Source: an uncultured Clostridia bacterium
GTDB lineage: Bacteria; Bacillota; Clostridia; TANB77; CAG-508
DNA: 64,000 nucleotides
Reading direction: 5' to 3'
NCBI GenBank assembly: GCA_948485625.1
Contig: CAOMRW010000001.1
Span: 70,449 to 134,448 of the forward strand
The notes beneath the pieces are model-generated. The model worked only from the letters and a program-made list of their open reading frames with translations, searched no databases and had not been told where the DNA came from. Both the position numbers and the translations under genes were made by a program. Positions 19,308 to 29,524 of this stretch are shown piece by piece; the stretch's first letter is position 1; each line of letters opens with the position of its first letter.

Positions 19308-20969
19308 TTAAAAAATACCAACAATATCTCCATTCCTATCAATATCAATATTTTCAGCAGCAGGTACTCTTGGTAGTCCTGGCATTGTCATTATTTTTCC
19401 TGAAATTGCAACAACAAATCCTGCTCCTGCTTTTAAATTTATATCTCTTATAGTAATTTTGAAAGGCTCTTTACATTCTAAGTTTTTAGCATCATCTGAG
19501 AATGAATATTGAGTTTTTGCGATGCATACTGGTAAATTTCCAAATCCTAGACTCTCAATTCTGTCTATTTCCTTTTGGGCTTCTTCTGAAAATTCAACTC
19601 CTATAGCACCATATATTTCTCTTGCCACTTTTTCTATTTTTGTTTTTATATCATCTTGTAAATCATAAGTAAATTTAAAGTCTTCTTGTTTTTCTGTTAA
19701 AGATACTAATTTTTGTGCAATATCCACTGCACCTTCTCCACCTTTTGCCCAACCTTCAACAAGACTTACTTCTATTCCTTTATTTTTCATTTCTTCTTGT
19801 ATATATTCTATTTCGTTTTCAATATCTGTACTATATCTATTTATTGCAACTATAACATTTAGTCCAAATTTATCTTTTATGTTTTCTATATGTTTATATA
19901 AGTTACTCATTCCATTTTTTAGTCCATCTAAATTTTCTTCTTGAATTTTATCTTTTTCAATTCCACCATGATATTTTAATGCTTTTATTGTTGCAACAAT
20001 TACAACTGCATTTGGTTTTATTCCTGCTTTTCTACATTTTATATCTAAGAACTTTTCAGCTCCTAAATCTGCACCAAATCCAGCTTCAGTAATTGTATAA
20101 TCTGCTAATTTCATTGCCATTTTTGTTGCAATTATACTATTACATCCATGTGCTATATTAGCAAATGGCCCTCCATGTAATATTGCTGGTGTATGTTCTA
20201 ATGTTTGTACTAAATTAGGTTTTATTGCATCTTTTAAAAGTACTGTCATTGCACCTTCTGCTTTTAAGTCTTTTGCATATATAGGTTTTTTATTTGAATT
20301 ATATCCTATAATTATATTTCCTAATTTTTCTTTTAAATCTTCAATATCTTTTGACAAACATAATATTGCCATAATTTCAGATGCAACAGTAATATCAAAT
20401 CCATCTTCTCTTGGAACTATATTTTTCTCTCCTGATAGCCCTGTTTGAACTTTTCTTAATTGTCTATCATTTAAATCAACACATCTTTTCCATGTAACTT
20501 CTTTAATATCTAATTCGTTTCCAAAATAAATGTGATTATCTATTATACTTGATAGTAAATTATTTGCTGCTGTCATTGCATGAATATCTCCAGTAAAATG
20601 AAGATTAATATCTTCCATTGGTGCAACTTGGACATGTCCACCTCCAGTTGCGCCTCCTTTTATTCCAAACACAGGTCCTAAAGATGGTTCTCTTAATGCT
20701 AATATAGATTTTTTTCCTATTTTTGAAAATCCATCTGCAATAGCTATTGATACTGTTGTTTTTCCTTCTCCTAATGGTGTTGGATTAATAGCTGTTACTA
20801 ATATCAATTTTCCGTCTTTTTTATCTTTTAACTCCTCAAATAGTGAATTAGATATTTTTGCTTTATACTTTCCATAACATTCTATATATTCTTCATTAAT
20901 ATCTAATTTTTGTGCAATATCATTTATTTTATTTAGTTTTGTATTTCTTGCAATTTCTATATCAGTCAT
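19308..20969 (-). CDS. fhs: formate-tetrahydrofolate ligase
   Basis: A 553 aa ORF with PTPLGEGKTT and EPSLGPVFGIKGGATGGG. Confidence 0.95.
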   Translation of the reverse strand: MTDIEIARNTKLNKINDIAQKLDINEEYIECYGKYKAKISNSLFEELKDKKDGKLILVTAINPTPLGEGKTTVSIAIADGFSKIGKKSILALREPSLGPVFGIKGGATGGGHVQVAPMEDINLHFTGDIHAMTAANNLLSSIIDNHIYFGNELDIKEVTWKRCVDLNDRQLRKVQTGLSGEKNIVPREDGFDITVASEIMAILCLSKDIEDLKEKLGNIIIGYNSNKKPIYAKDLKAEGAMTVLLKDAIKPNLVQTLEHTPAILHGGPFANIAHGCNSIIATKMAMKLADYTITEAGFGADLGAEKFLDIKCRKAGIKPNAVVIVATIKALKYHGGIEKDKIQEENLDGLKNGMSNLYKHIENIKDKFGLNVIVAINRYSTDIENEIEYIQEEMKNKGIEVSLVEGWAKGGEGAVDIAQKLVSLTEKQEDFKFTYDLQDDIKTKIEKVAREIYGAIGVEFSEEAQKEIDRIESLGFGNLPVCIAKTQYSFSDDAKNLECKEPFKITIRDINLKAGAGFVVAISGKIMTMPGLPRVPAAENIDIDRNGDIVGIF

Positions 20970-20995
20970 TTTATCTCATCTCCTTTTATATTTTC

Positions 20996-21458
20996 TTAAG
21001 CAATAATACCTACAATAATTCCAATTAAAGCTCCAACAAATACTTGTACTGGAGTATGTCCTAACACTTCTACTAATTTTTCTGAAACTTGTACTCCAGT
21101 AAGTCCTGGTGTTTCAATAATTTTATTTAGTAATGTTGCTTGTTTTCCTGCTGCTCTTCTTATTCCACATGCATCGTACATAACAACTGCTGCTAATATT
21201 AATGATACAGCAAAAATAGGTGTATCTACTCCTTGATATTTTCCAATTAAAGTTGCTAGTCCTGTAACAATTGCTGAATGAGAACTTGGCATTCCGTCCT
21301 GCTCCAATTATTCTTTTAAAATTAAACTTCTTTGTTGTTACTAAATCATAAATTACCTTAAATGTTTGAATAAAAAACCATAATAAAAATGGTATATATA
21401 TATATTTATTTTGTATGGCTCCCATAAAATTATTCACTTTCTTAACTCCCCTTTTCAA
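20996..21458 (-). pseudogene. divergent PAP2 / DUF212 (YuiD-like) membrane protein; frame broken by one extra base at 21296
   Basis: ORFs 21123-21458 and 20996-21307 overlap. Skipping the C complementary to G21296 gives ...KRIIGAGGMPSSHSAIVTGLA..., the family signature. The true start may be the GTG at 21437 or the ATG at 21425. Confidence 0.75.
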
Positions 21459-21475
21459 TATAATGAATGATATTT

Positions 21476-21700
21476 TTATTCATCTGCTATAAAATCTGTT
21501 TCTTCAATTTTTTCATCTTTTTTAAGCAAAATTGTTATCTTCTTTTCTGCTTCTTCTAAAATTTTATTACATTCTTTTGATATTTTTATTCCTTCTTCAA
21601 ATTTAGATATTGATTCATCTAAATTTAATTCTCCTTTTTCTAATTCATTTACTATATTTTCTAAATTTTCGATATTTTCCTCGAAGTTTGATTTACTCAT
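21476..21700 (-). CDS. xseB: exodeoxyribonuclease VII small subunit
   Basis: A 74 aa ORF immediately downstream of xseA, with the typical helical sequence. Confidence 0.85.
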   Translation of the reverse strand: MSKSNFEENIENLENIVNELEKGELNLDESISKFEEGIKISKECNKILEEAEKKITILLKKDEKIEETDFIADE

Positions 21701-21733
21701 TTATCATTTCTCCATTCTATTTTCCTATTCTCT

Positions 21734-21783
21734 AACAGTTTTAATTTTATTATATATGTACCTATAATAAAATTAAAACTGTT
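21734..21783. terminator. 15-bp-stem hairpin
   Basis: The stem aacagttttaatttt / aaaattaaaactgtt lies between the 21796 gene stop and the xseB start. Confidence 0.45.
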
Positions 21784-21795
21784 GTAAAATAAGTT

Positions 21796-22305
21796 CTATT
21801 CTGTTACAGCTCCTGTTCTTATATTTACATTATATATAGTAACAATATTTCTATCTGTTGCATTTCTTACTGAAACTTCATATTCATCTTGATTTTTGAT
21901 TTTTGCTTCAAATATATATGATTCTATAGAAATTCCCCATTCTTTCTGTGCTAATTCTATAGCTGTTTTTTCATTATCTATTTCTACATTTCCAGTATTA
22001 CTTTCTTGTTCTTCTTTTCCCACAATAGGATTATTTTGATTTGTATTAGTATTTTCATCATTATTTACATTTTCATTTGTTATTTCATTTTCTATTGTAT
22101 TATCTTCTATTACTTCGTTATTTATAATATTTTCTTCATTTTTGTTTTGGTGTACATCATCAATATAATCTACCATACTATCCATTTCACTTTTTTGTTG
22201 ATTTGACTTGTCATTTAATCCTTTTTTACTTATTCCTATTATAATTCCTGTAATAATTGTTGCTACTATTACTATCCCTACTAATATTTTTTCTCCTGTT
22301 GTCAT
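21796..22305 (-). CDS. membrane-anchored hypothetical protein, Asn/Glu-rich
   Basis: A 169 aa ORF with one N-terminal TM helix. Confidence 0.5.
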   Translation of the reverse strand: MTTGEKILVGIVIVATIITGIIIGISKKGLNDKSNQQKSEMDSMVDYIDDVHQNKNEENIINNEVIEDNTIENEITNENVNNDENTNTNQNNPIVGKEEQESNTGNVEIDNEKTAIELAQKEWGISIESYIFEAKIKNQDEYEVSVRNATDRNIVTIYNVNIRTGAVTE

Positions 22306-22322
22306 ATTTTTCTCTCCTTTTC

Positions 22323-23516
22323 CTATAAGATTTCTGCTTGTTTTTTTCCATCTATAAATCTTATCTCTATTTTATCTCCTGTTTTTATATTTTCTTTGCT
22401 TTTTATTATTATCCCATTTTGTTCTACTAATGAATATCCTCTTGTTAATGTTTTTAAAGGACTTAATGCATCTAATTTTGAAACTAATTCTATATATTTT
22501 GTTTTTTCTTCTTTTTGTTTTGTTCTAACTATATTTTCTAATCTTTTTATTTGTGTATCTATTTTTAAATAATTGTCATTTATGTCCCTTAAGGGGTCTT
22601 TAAAAATTCTACTTGTCATACATTTTTCATATCTTAATTTCATTATTTCTATCTTTTTTATTAATGATAATCTTAATCTATTTTGATATGTATTTATTTT
22701 TTGTTTTATTTCATATATATCTGGAACAGCAAGTTCAGCTGCTGCTGAGGGTGTTGGTGCTCTTAAGTCTGCAACAAAGTCTGATATTGAAAAGTCAGTT
22801 TCATGTCCTACTGCTGATATTATTGGTATTTCTGAATTATAAATTGCATGTGCTACTATTTCTTCATTAAATGGCCATAAATCTTCTAATGAACCTCCTC
22901 CTCTTGCTAGGATTAATACATCTGCTAATTTATTTTCATTCATAAATCTAATTCCTTCTGCAATTTTTTCTGCTGCACCATCTCCTTGTACAGGTACTGG
23001 ATATAATTTTATGCATACATTTGGATTTCTTCTTGTACTTACATTTATTATATCTCTTATTACTGAACCTGTCTGTGATGTTAGAACTCCTATTGTATTT
23101 GGCATTTTAGGAATTTTCTTTTTATGTGTTTCATCAAAATATCCATCTTGTTCTAATTGTTTTTTTAATTCTTCATATTTTTTATATAATATTCCTACAC
23201 CATCTTCTTGCATTGCTTTTACATATATTTGATATACTCCATCTCTTTCAAATACTGAAACTCCTCCAACTAAAAATACTTTCATTCCATCTTTTGGCAT
23301 AAATTCTAGTCTTTGTGCATAACTTTTAAACATTATGCATTTTATTAATGAATTCTCATCTTTTAATGTAAAATACATGTGACCAGTGTAATGGTTTTTA
23401 AAATTAGATATTTCGCCTTTTACTAATATATTGTTTAAATATTCATCATCTGCTATTTTATCTTTAATATAATTATTCAATTGGCTTACACTTATCGCCA
23501 TACTTTCATAATTCAT
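22323..23516 (-). CDS. xseA: exodeoxyribonuclease VII large subunit
   Basis: A 397 aa ORF with an OB-fold N-terminus and GRGGGSLEDLWPFN. Confidence 0.93.
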   Translation of the reverse strand: MNYESMAISVSQLNNYIKDKIADDEYLNNILVKGEISNFKNHYTGHMYFTLKDENSLIKCIMFKSYAQRLEFMPKDGMKVFLVGGVSVFERDGVYQIYVKAMQEDGVGILYKKYEELKKQLEQDGYFDETHKKKIPKMPNTIGVLTSQTGSVIRDIINVSTRRNPNVCIKLYPVPVQGDGAAEKIAEGIRFMNENKLADVLILARGGGSLEDLWPFNEEIVAHAIYNSEIPIISAVGHETDFSISDFVADLRAPTPSAAAELAVPDIYEIKQKINTYQNRLRLSLIKKIEIMKLRYEKCMTSRIFKDPLRDINDNYLKIDTQIKRLENIVRTKQKEEKTKYIELVSKLDALSPLKTLTRGYSLVEQNGIIIKSKENIKTGDKIEIRFIDGKKQAEIL

Positions 23517-23519
23517 CTA

Positions 23520-23924
23520 CTACATATCCTTTACTATACTTGCTAATATTCCATTTACAAAGTTTTTAGATTTATCTTCACCATATTTTTTTGCAAGTTC
23601 TACTGCTTCATTTATTGCTACTTTATATGGTATATCATTATATTTTATTTCATATATTGCAAGCTTTAATATTGATAAATCCATTTTTGAAATTCTGTTT
23701 AATTTCCATTCTTCTTTTAAATTCTTCTCTATATCTTTTAATATTTGTTCTTCATTTTTGTTTATTCCCAAAATTACATCAGAGATATATTTTATTGTTT
23801 CTTCTTCTTTTATTTCATTACTTTCAAAAAATAAATCTATTTGTTCTTGAATTTTCTCAGGTTTTTGAATTTCTAAGCTATATATTAATTTGAAAGCATT
23901 TTCTCTCATTGCTGATCTATTCAT
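23520..23924 (-). CDS. nusB: transcription antitermination factor NusB
   Basis: A 134 aa ORF with an [12 protein letters not shown] start and [13 protein letters not shown]. Confidence 0.9.
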   Translation of the reverse strand: MNRSAMRENAFKLIYSLEIQKPEKIQEQIDLFFESNEIKEEETIKYISDVILGINKNEEQILKDIEKNLKEEWKLNRISKMDLSILKLAIYEIKYNDIPYKVAINEAVELAKKYGEDKSKNFVNGILASIVKDM

Positions 23925-23947
23925 TTTTTCTTCCTTCCACTTAAATA

Positions 23948-24151
23948 TTACATTTTGTCTATAAATTTTTTCAATTTTGCTTTAACATCTTCTTTATTTT
24001 GTTGTACATAATTTCCTATAAAAGCTCCTGCTAGTATTAATAGAACTCCTACTATTAATGCATATAATCTTGTTGCTAATACTACTATTGCTATAATTAT
24101 TCCTATTATTGCTCCTCTATATTGACTTATAAATTTTTTAAATTCATCCAT
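23948..24151 (-). CDS. small integral membrane protein (DUF2273-like)
   Basis: A 67 aa ORF with two TM helices, in the usual position in an asp23 cluster. Confidence 0.6.
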   Translation of the reverse strand: MDEFKKFISQYRGAIIGIIIAIVVLATRLYALIVGVLLILAGAFIGNYVQQNKEDVKAKLKKFIDKM

Positions 24152-24181
24152 ATTATTTGCTCCCTTCTTGATTTTATGTTT

Positions 24182-24742
24182 CTATTTTTCTATGTTAGTT
24201 TGTTTTTCTTGGATAGCTTTTTTTACAGTTATATTTACTTCTTTTACTTCTAAGTCTGTTGTTTCTTTTACTTTATTTTTTATTTTATTTTGTAGGTCTG
24301 CTGATAAATCTTTTATTATTGTATCTGCTCCTACTACTATATTTACAAAGATGTTGACATTATTTTCTTTGTCTAATTCAACTCTTGATGTAACTTCTTT
24401 TGCCATTTTATATTCTTTTGTAACAACTTCTACTAAGTTTTCAATTGTTTCTTTTGATATCATTAGTTTGCCATTATCATTTGCTAAAAGAACTCCTTGT
24501 TTTTCTTTTAATTCTTTTTTTGATGTTGGGTCAAAGAATATACATCTAATTGATAGTAATATGAATATTATACTTACTCCTAAAATTATTTTTGACGATG
24601 TTTCAGATATTATTAGTGTTTTTATTAGACTTTGTACTATATTTATGTCTAACCATCCAAATATTAATAAACATGCTATTACTGATAATATTAATATTAT
24701 ATTTGAATATAATATTAGTGCGATTTTTTCTATAATTTTCAT
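24182..24742 (-). CDS. amaP: alkaline shock response membrane anchor protein AmaP-like
   Basis: A 186 aa ORF with N-terminal TM helices, directly downstream of asp23. Confidence 0.6.
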   Translation of the reverse strand: MKIIEKIALILYSNIILILSVIACLLIFGWLDINIVQSLIKTLIISETSSKIILGVSIIFILLSIRCIFFDPTSKKELKEKQGVLLANDNGKLMISKETIENLVEVVTKEYKMAKEVTSRVELDKENNVNIFVNIVVGADTIIKDLSADLQNKIKNKVKETTDLEVKEVNITVKKAIQEKQTNIEK

Positions 24743-24768
24743 TTCTTTTACCTCTCTTTATTTAAATA

Positions 24769-25248
24769 TTATTCATTTGAGTCTTGTTGCTCTTCTGTTT
24801 TATTTTGATTTTCTTCAATTTCTTCATTTCTTATTATGTCTGTATTTACTCCTTGAACATGTACATTTACTTCTTCTACTTTAAATCCTGTCATTCCCTC
24901 TACTGCTTTTTTTACTCTATTTTGTATTTCAAATGCAACATCTGGTATTCTTGAACCATATTCTACTATAATATTTACATCTATTTTGGCAGTATTTTCT
25001 GCCTTTTCTACTTTTATTCCTTTTGCTAGATTTTTCTTTCCACTTAATACTTCTGTTATTCCTCCTGCAAATCCTCCTGACATTGATGCAACTCCTTGTA
25101 CTTCTGATACTGCTACTCCTGCTATTACTGCTATTACATCATTTGATATTTCTATCCCATTTTCTGTATTATCTGTATTTTCTACTTTTTGCTTGATTTC
25201 TTCCTCTTTTATTTCTTCATTTTCTGTTTTTATTTCTTTTTCATCCAT
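24769..25248 (-). CDS. Asp23/Gls24 family envelope stress protein
   Basis: A 159 aa ORF with ISNDVIAVIAGVAVSEVQGVASM. Confidence 0.85.
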   Translation of the reverse strand: MDEKEIKTENEEIKEEEIKQKVENTDNTENGIEISNDVIAVIAGVAVSEVQGVASMSGGFAGGITEVLSGKKNLAKGIKVEKAENTAKIDVNIIVEYGSRIPDVAFEIQNRVKKAVEGMTGFKVEEVNVHVQGVNTDIIRNEEIEENQNKTEEQQDSNE

Positions 25249-25345
25249 GAAAAAACCTCCTTTTCAATTTAAAAATTGATATACTTATAATATGGTATAA
25301 GTATATCAATCTTTAGGATTTTTTACAACCTTTTTGTATTATTTT

Positions 25346-26302
25346 TTATTCAAATACTTCAAATTCATCAATTGAATTTCCTCTTAAGAAATCGCATATA
25401 TTCATTCTCTTAGCATTTTCTCCTTGAATTTCTAAAACACTTAATATTCCTTTTTTAGTTTTTATAAATAATCCATCTCTTTGGTCTGATATTAAAACTG
25501 TTCCATTTCTGAAAATTTCAACATTTTCTTCATCATATTCTATATTTTCTGCAATATTTACTTTCCAGAATTTAATTTTTTTACCATTTAAAAAAGTATA
25601 AGCTCCCATAATTGGATTTAATCCTCTTACTAGATTTTTGATTTCTTGTGCTGTTTTATTTTCCCAATCAATTTTAGCTATTTCTTTATCTAGCATAGGT
25701 GCAACTGTAAAATCATCACCTTGTTTTTCTCTTGGAGCTGTTCCGTTTTCAATTTGTTTTAAAGTTTCTACTAATAAGTTTCCTCCTATTTTAGAAAGTC
25801 TTTCCCATAATTCACCTGTTGTTTCATTATCACCAATTTCTACTTCTTCTTTTAAAATCATATCTCCTGTATCCATTCCAACATCCATATACATTGTTGT
25901 TATACCTGTTTTTTTATCTCCATTTAAAACTGCCCATTGTATTGGTGCTGCTCCTCTATATTTAGGAAGTAATGACCCATGGACATTTATACATCCTAAT
26001 TTTGGTATATCTAGTATTTCTTTTGGTAGAATTTTTCCATATGCTACAACACATATAATATCTGGATTTAGTGATTTTATTTCATCTATAAATTCTTCAT
26101 TTTTTCTTACTTTTACTGGTTGATATATTGGTATATTTTTTTCTACTGCAAATTCTTTTACTGGTGATGCAACTAATTTCATTCCTCTTCCTTTTGGTTT
26201 GTCTGGATTTGTTACAACTCCTATTATTTTGTGTCCTGCATTATATACTGCTTCTAAACTTTCTTTTGCAAAATCTGGTGTTCCCATAAATAATATATTC
26301 AT
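25346..26302 (-). CDS. fmt: methionyl-tRNA formyltransferase
   Basis: A 318 aa ORF with MNILFMGTPDFA and INVHGSLLPKYRGAAPIQ. Confidence 0.95.
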   Translation of the reverse strand: MNILFMGTPDFAKESLEAVYNAGHKIIGVVTNPDKPKGRGMKLVASPVKEFAVEKNIPIYQPVKVRKNEEFIDEIKSLNPDIICVVAYGKILPKEILDIPKLGCINVHGSLLPKYRGAAPIQWAVLNGDKKTGITTMYMDVGMDTGDMILKEEVEIGDNETTGELWERLSKIGGNLLVETLKQIENGTAPREKQGDDFTVAPMLDKEIAKIDWENKTAQEIKNLVRGLNPIMGAYTFLNGKKIKFWKVNIAENIEYDEENVEIFRNGTVLISDQRDGLFIKTKKGILSVLEIQGENAKRMNICDFLRGNSIDEFEVFE

Positions 26303-26318
26303 ATTTATCTCGTCCTTT

Positions 26319-26795
26319 CTATTTTTCAGGTTCTACATACTCAAGAGTTCCTGGCAAAATCTTATCCATAAAAACTTCTCCATCTAAATGGTCACATTCA
26401 TGACAAATAGCCTGTGCTAATAAGTCTTTCGCTTTTACTTTAACTCTTTTTCCATTTCTATCAGTATATTCAGCAGTTACTTCTTCAGGTCTTTTCACCT
26501 TTGCAAATTTATTTGGAAAACTTAAGCATCCTTCATCAACTTCATGCTCTCCCTTAGTTTTCAAAATAATTGGATTAATTAGAACAATTGGGCCTTTATC
26601 ATCATATAAATCAATAACTACTACTCTTTTTAAAACACCAACTTGAACAGCAGCTAGTCCTACTCCATTATATTTATGCATTGTATCTATCATATCATCT
26701 ATTAAAACTTGTAGTTTATCATCTATTGTTTCAACTTCTCTAGATTTTTTACTTAATATTTCGTCTCCTTCTAATCTTAAATTTCTTATTGCCAT
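26319..26795 (-). CDS. def: peptide deformylase
   Basis: The ORF track gives 26319-26813. I place the start at the ATG at 26793-26795 (MAIRNLR). The EGCLSFP and HECDHL motifs are present. Confidence 0.93.
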   Translation of the reverse strand: MAIRNLRLEGDEILSKKSREVETIDDKLQVLIDDMIDTMHKYNGVGLAAVQVGVLKRVVVIDLYDDKGPIVLINPIILKTKGEHEVDEGCLSFPNKFAKVKRPEEVTAEYTDRNGKRVKVKAKDLLAQAICHECDHLDGEVFMDKILPGTLEYVEPEK

Positions 26796-26811
26796 TTTTA
26801 TTCCCCTTTCC

Positions 26812-26965
26812 ATGTCCCAAAGGGACGTTTCTTTTGGGACAAAAATGTCCCAAAATCCCCATTCTTGAAATATTCTTTAATTTCAAATTAATATTTTTAT
26901 TTAACAAATAACATGTGTCCCTAATGGGACAAAAATGTCCCAAAAGAAACGTCCCTTTGGGACAT
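26812..26965. repeat. 154-bp MITE-like structured element made of five GTCCC/GGGAC hairpins with roughly 45-bp inverted ends
   Basis: The hairpins are at 26814-26826, 26835-26852, 26917-26930, 26925-26942 and 26951-26963. The outer 29 nt of the two ends are exact reverse complements. The element fills the priA-def spacer. Confidence 0.8.
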
Positions 26966-29199
26966 CACGCCATATTATTTGGATTCACATCTATTGTAAT
27001 TTTAGTATTTTTTAAATCTTTGTTGTATATTTCTTTTAATAAATTATTCAAAACTTCATTTGCTCTTTCGTTCATATTGCCTTTTATAATAATTCTCCAT
27101 CTATATTTATTTTGTATTTTGTCAATTGGAGATGGCATTGGTTTGAATATTTTAAATTCTTCATTATTTAAATTGTTTTTTGCATATTCATAAGCTATTT
27201 CTGAAACTTTTTTTATTTCTGTTTCATCTGTACTATTAAATCCAATTATTATTATATCGCAAAATGGTGGATATTTCAACTGTTTTCTTAATATGATTTC
27301 TTTGTCATAGAATTTTTCATAATTTTGTTTTTTGGCATCTTGTATGCTGAAATTTTCTGGATTGTAGCTTTGTATTATTACTTTTCCTGGTAAATTCTCT
27401 CTTCCTGCTCTTCCTGCTACTTGTGTTAGTATCTGGAATGTTCTTTCTGTTGCTCTATAGTCGTCTATATTTAGTGAGCTATCTGCTGCTATAACTCCTA
27501 CTAGTGTTACTTTTGGAAAGTGATGTCCTTTTACTACCATTTGTGTTCCTATTAGTATATCTATATCTTCATTTTTAAATTTGTTTAATATTTCTTCATG
27601 TGAATTTTTTTTAGTTACTGTGTCTACATCCATTCTGATTGTTTTAGCTTGTGGAAATTGTTTATGGATTTCTTGTTCTAGTTTTTGTGTTCCTGTTCCA
27701 AAATATCTTATTTTATCGCTTTTACATTCTGGGCATTCTTTTACTAATTTTTCTTCATATCCACAGTAATGGCATTTTAATTTATTTTCATAACTGTGAT
27801 ATGTCATACTAATATTACAGTTTTTACATTTAACAGTATATCCACAATTTCTACACATTATAAATGTTGAATATCCTCTTCTGTTTAAAAATAGTATTGT
27901 TTGTAATTTATTTTTTAAATTCTTTTCTATTTCTTGATATAAATCAAAGCTTAACATTGACCTGTTTCCATTTGCAAGTTCTTGTTTTAAGTCTATTACT
28001 TCTACTTTTGGTAGATTTGATTGATTTGCTCTTTTTGTTAGTTTTAATAATTTAATTTTTCTATTATCTGAATTATAAAAAGTTGTTATATCTGGTGTTG
28101 CGCTTCCTAATAATAATGGTATTTTTTCTTCTTGTGCAATTTTTTTTGCAATTTCTTTTGCATTATATTTAGGAGTTGCTTCAGATTTATATGAACTATC
28201 ATGTTCTTCATCTATTATTATAATTCCTAAATTTTTAACAGGTGCAAATATTGCTGACCTTGCTCCTATTACAATTTTTGCTTTTTCTTCTTTTATTCGC
28301 TCCCATTCATCATGTCTTTCCCCAATTGATAATTTACTGTGCAAAACTGCTATTTGTTCTTTTCCAAATCTTGATATAAATCTATCTAGCATTTGGGGTG
28401 TTAATGAAATTTCTGGAACTAATATAATAGCAGATTTATTACTTTTTATAACTTTATCTATTAATTGAAGATAGACTTCTGTCTTTCCAGAACCTGTAAC
28501 ACCATATAATAAAAATTGCTTATATTCATTTTGATCTATTATTTTAGCGACTTCATTAAAAGCATTTTCTTGTTCTTCTGTTAATTTTAAATTTTGTGTA
28601 TTTTCTATTTCTTTATTGTTTAATGGATTTCTTTCAATTTTCTTTTCTACTAATTCTAAATATTTATTTTTTATAAGTGTATTTATTATTGCTCTTGAAC
28701 AGTCTGTGAATGTTTCAACTTCTGGTATAGTGCATCCTTGATTATCTTTTATAAAATTTAGTATTTTTATTTGTTTATCTGATTTTATTTTTTTATTTTC
28801 TATATCAAAATTTATTTCATTAAATTCTTTTTTTAAGTATATTACATTTATTTTTTTGTCTTGTATTCTTTTATTTACATTCTTAGTTCTTGTTCCTGGA
28901 GTTTGCATTAGTTTTATACATTCTGAAATATTGCAAAAGTATCTCTTTGCCATCCAATTTGCTAATTCTATTTGTTTATCTGTTAAACCTGTTTCAACTT
29001 TTGCTATATCTTTAATTTTAAATTCTGAACTATCTTTTATTTTTACAACATGTGCCTCTTCTAGACTTTTAAATGAACCAAATGGTACTAAAACTTTGCT
29101 TCCTATAGCAATTAGTGCTTCTAATTCTTTTGGTATGTTATAGTCAAATGTTCTATTTAATTTTTTTGCTGTAGAATTTATTATTACTTCTGCTACCAT
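26965..29199 (-). CDS. priA: primosomal protein N' (replication restart helicase)
   Basis: A 744 aa ORF with GVTGSGKTEVY, DEEHD and a Cys4 cluster (CRNCGY...CKNC...CHYCGY...CPEC). Confidence 0.95.
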   Translation of the reverse strand: MVAEVIINSTAKKLNRTFDYNIPKELEALIAIGSKVLVPFGSFKSLEEAHVVKIKDSSEFKIKDIAKVETGLTDKQIELANWMAKRYFCNISECIKLMQTPGTRTKNVNKRIQDKKINVIYLKKEFNEINFDIENKKIKSDKQIKILNFIKDNQGCTIPEVETFTDCSRAIINTLIKNKYLELVEKKIERNPLNNKEIENTQNLKLTEEQENAFNEVAKIIDQNEYKQFLLYGVTGSGKTEVYLQLIDKVIKSNKSAIILVPEISLTPQMLDRFISRFGKEQIAVLHSKLSIGERHDEWERIKEEKAKIVIGARSAIFAPVKNLGIIIIDEEHDSSYKSEATPKYNAKEIAKKIAQEEKIPLLLGSATPDITTFYNSDNRKIKLLKLTKRANQSNLPKVEVIDLKQELANGNRSMLSFDLYQEIEKNLKNKLQTILFLNRRGYSTFIMCRNCGYTVKCKNCNISMTYHSYENKLKCHYCGYEEKLVKECPECKSDKIRYFGTGTQKLEQEIHKQFPQAKTIRMDVDTVTKKNSHEEILNKFKNEDIDILIGTQMVVKGHHFPKVTLVGVIAADSSLNIDDYRATERTFQILTQVAGRAGRENLPGKVIIQSYNPENFSIQDAKKQNYEKFYDKEIILRKQLKYPPFCDIIIIGFNSTDETEIKKVSEIAYEYAKNNLNNEEFKIFKPMPSPIDKIQNKYRWRIIIKGNMNERANEVLNNLLKEIYNKDLKNTKITIDVNPNNMA

Positions 29200-29280
29200 T
29201 TTTCACTCCTTTCACTACGCTTCGCTCTGTTCATCTTCATCCAAATCTAATGTTTAAAGAATTTATTTCATAAATTCTGC

Positions 29281-29323
29281 ATAAGCTATCTGTAACTCAC
29301 TTTGTTCGAACGGCTATCTTAAT
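29281..29323 (-). promoter_or_regulatory. copy of the pilin-leader core box in the priA 5' region
   Basis: ataagctatctgtaactcactttgttcgaacggctatcttaat aligns with 4736-4778 (tataagatatctgtaactcgctttgctcgaacagctatcttaat). Confidence 0.5.
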
Positions 29324-29524
29324 TTCGTCTGCCAAATGTCTCCTTGGAGATATTTATTTTCCTCCATTTCGTACCACAGGTTGTTTAATATTTTCTTGTA
29401 TAAGATATATCATATTTATTATACTAAATCAAGAAAAAATTTTTTCAAAATTATTAACATTTATTCTCTTTTGTGTTATACTATTTTTCAAAATTTAAAA
29501 TATAAATGAAATAGGTGTAAAATT

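Noticed and set aside
26749-27193. ORFs 26749-26943 (-) and 26915-27193 (+) with mirrored GHFCP / KCPKRNVPLGH peptides.
   Set aside because: They are artefacts of translating the palindromic GTCCC/GGGAC element on both strands.
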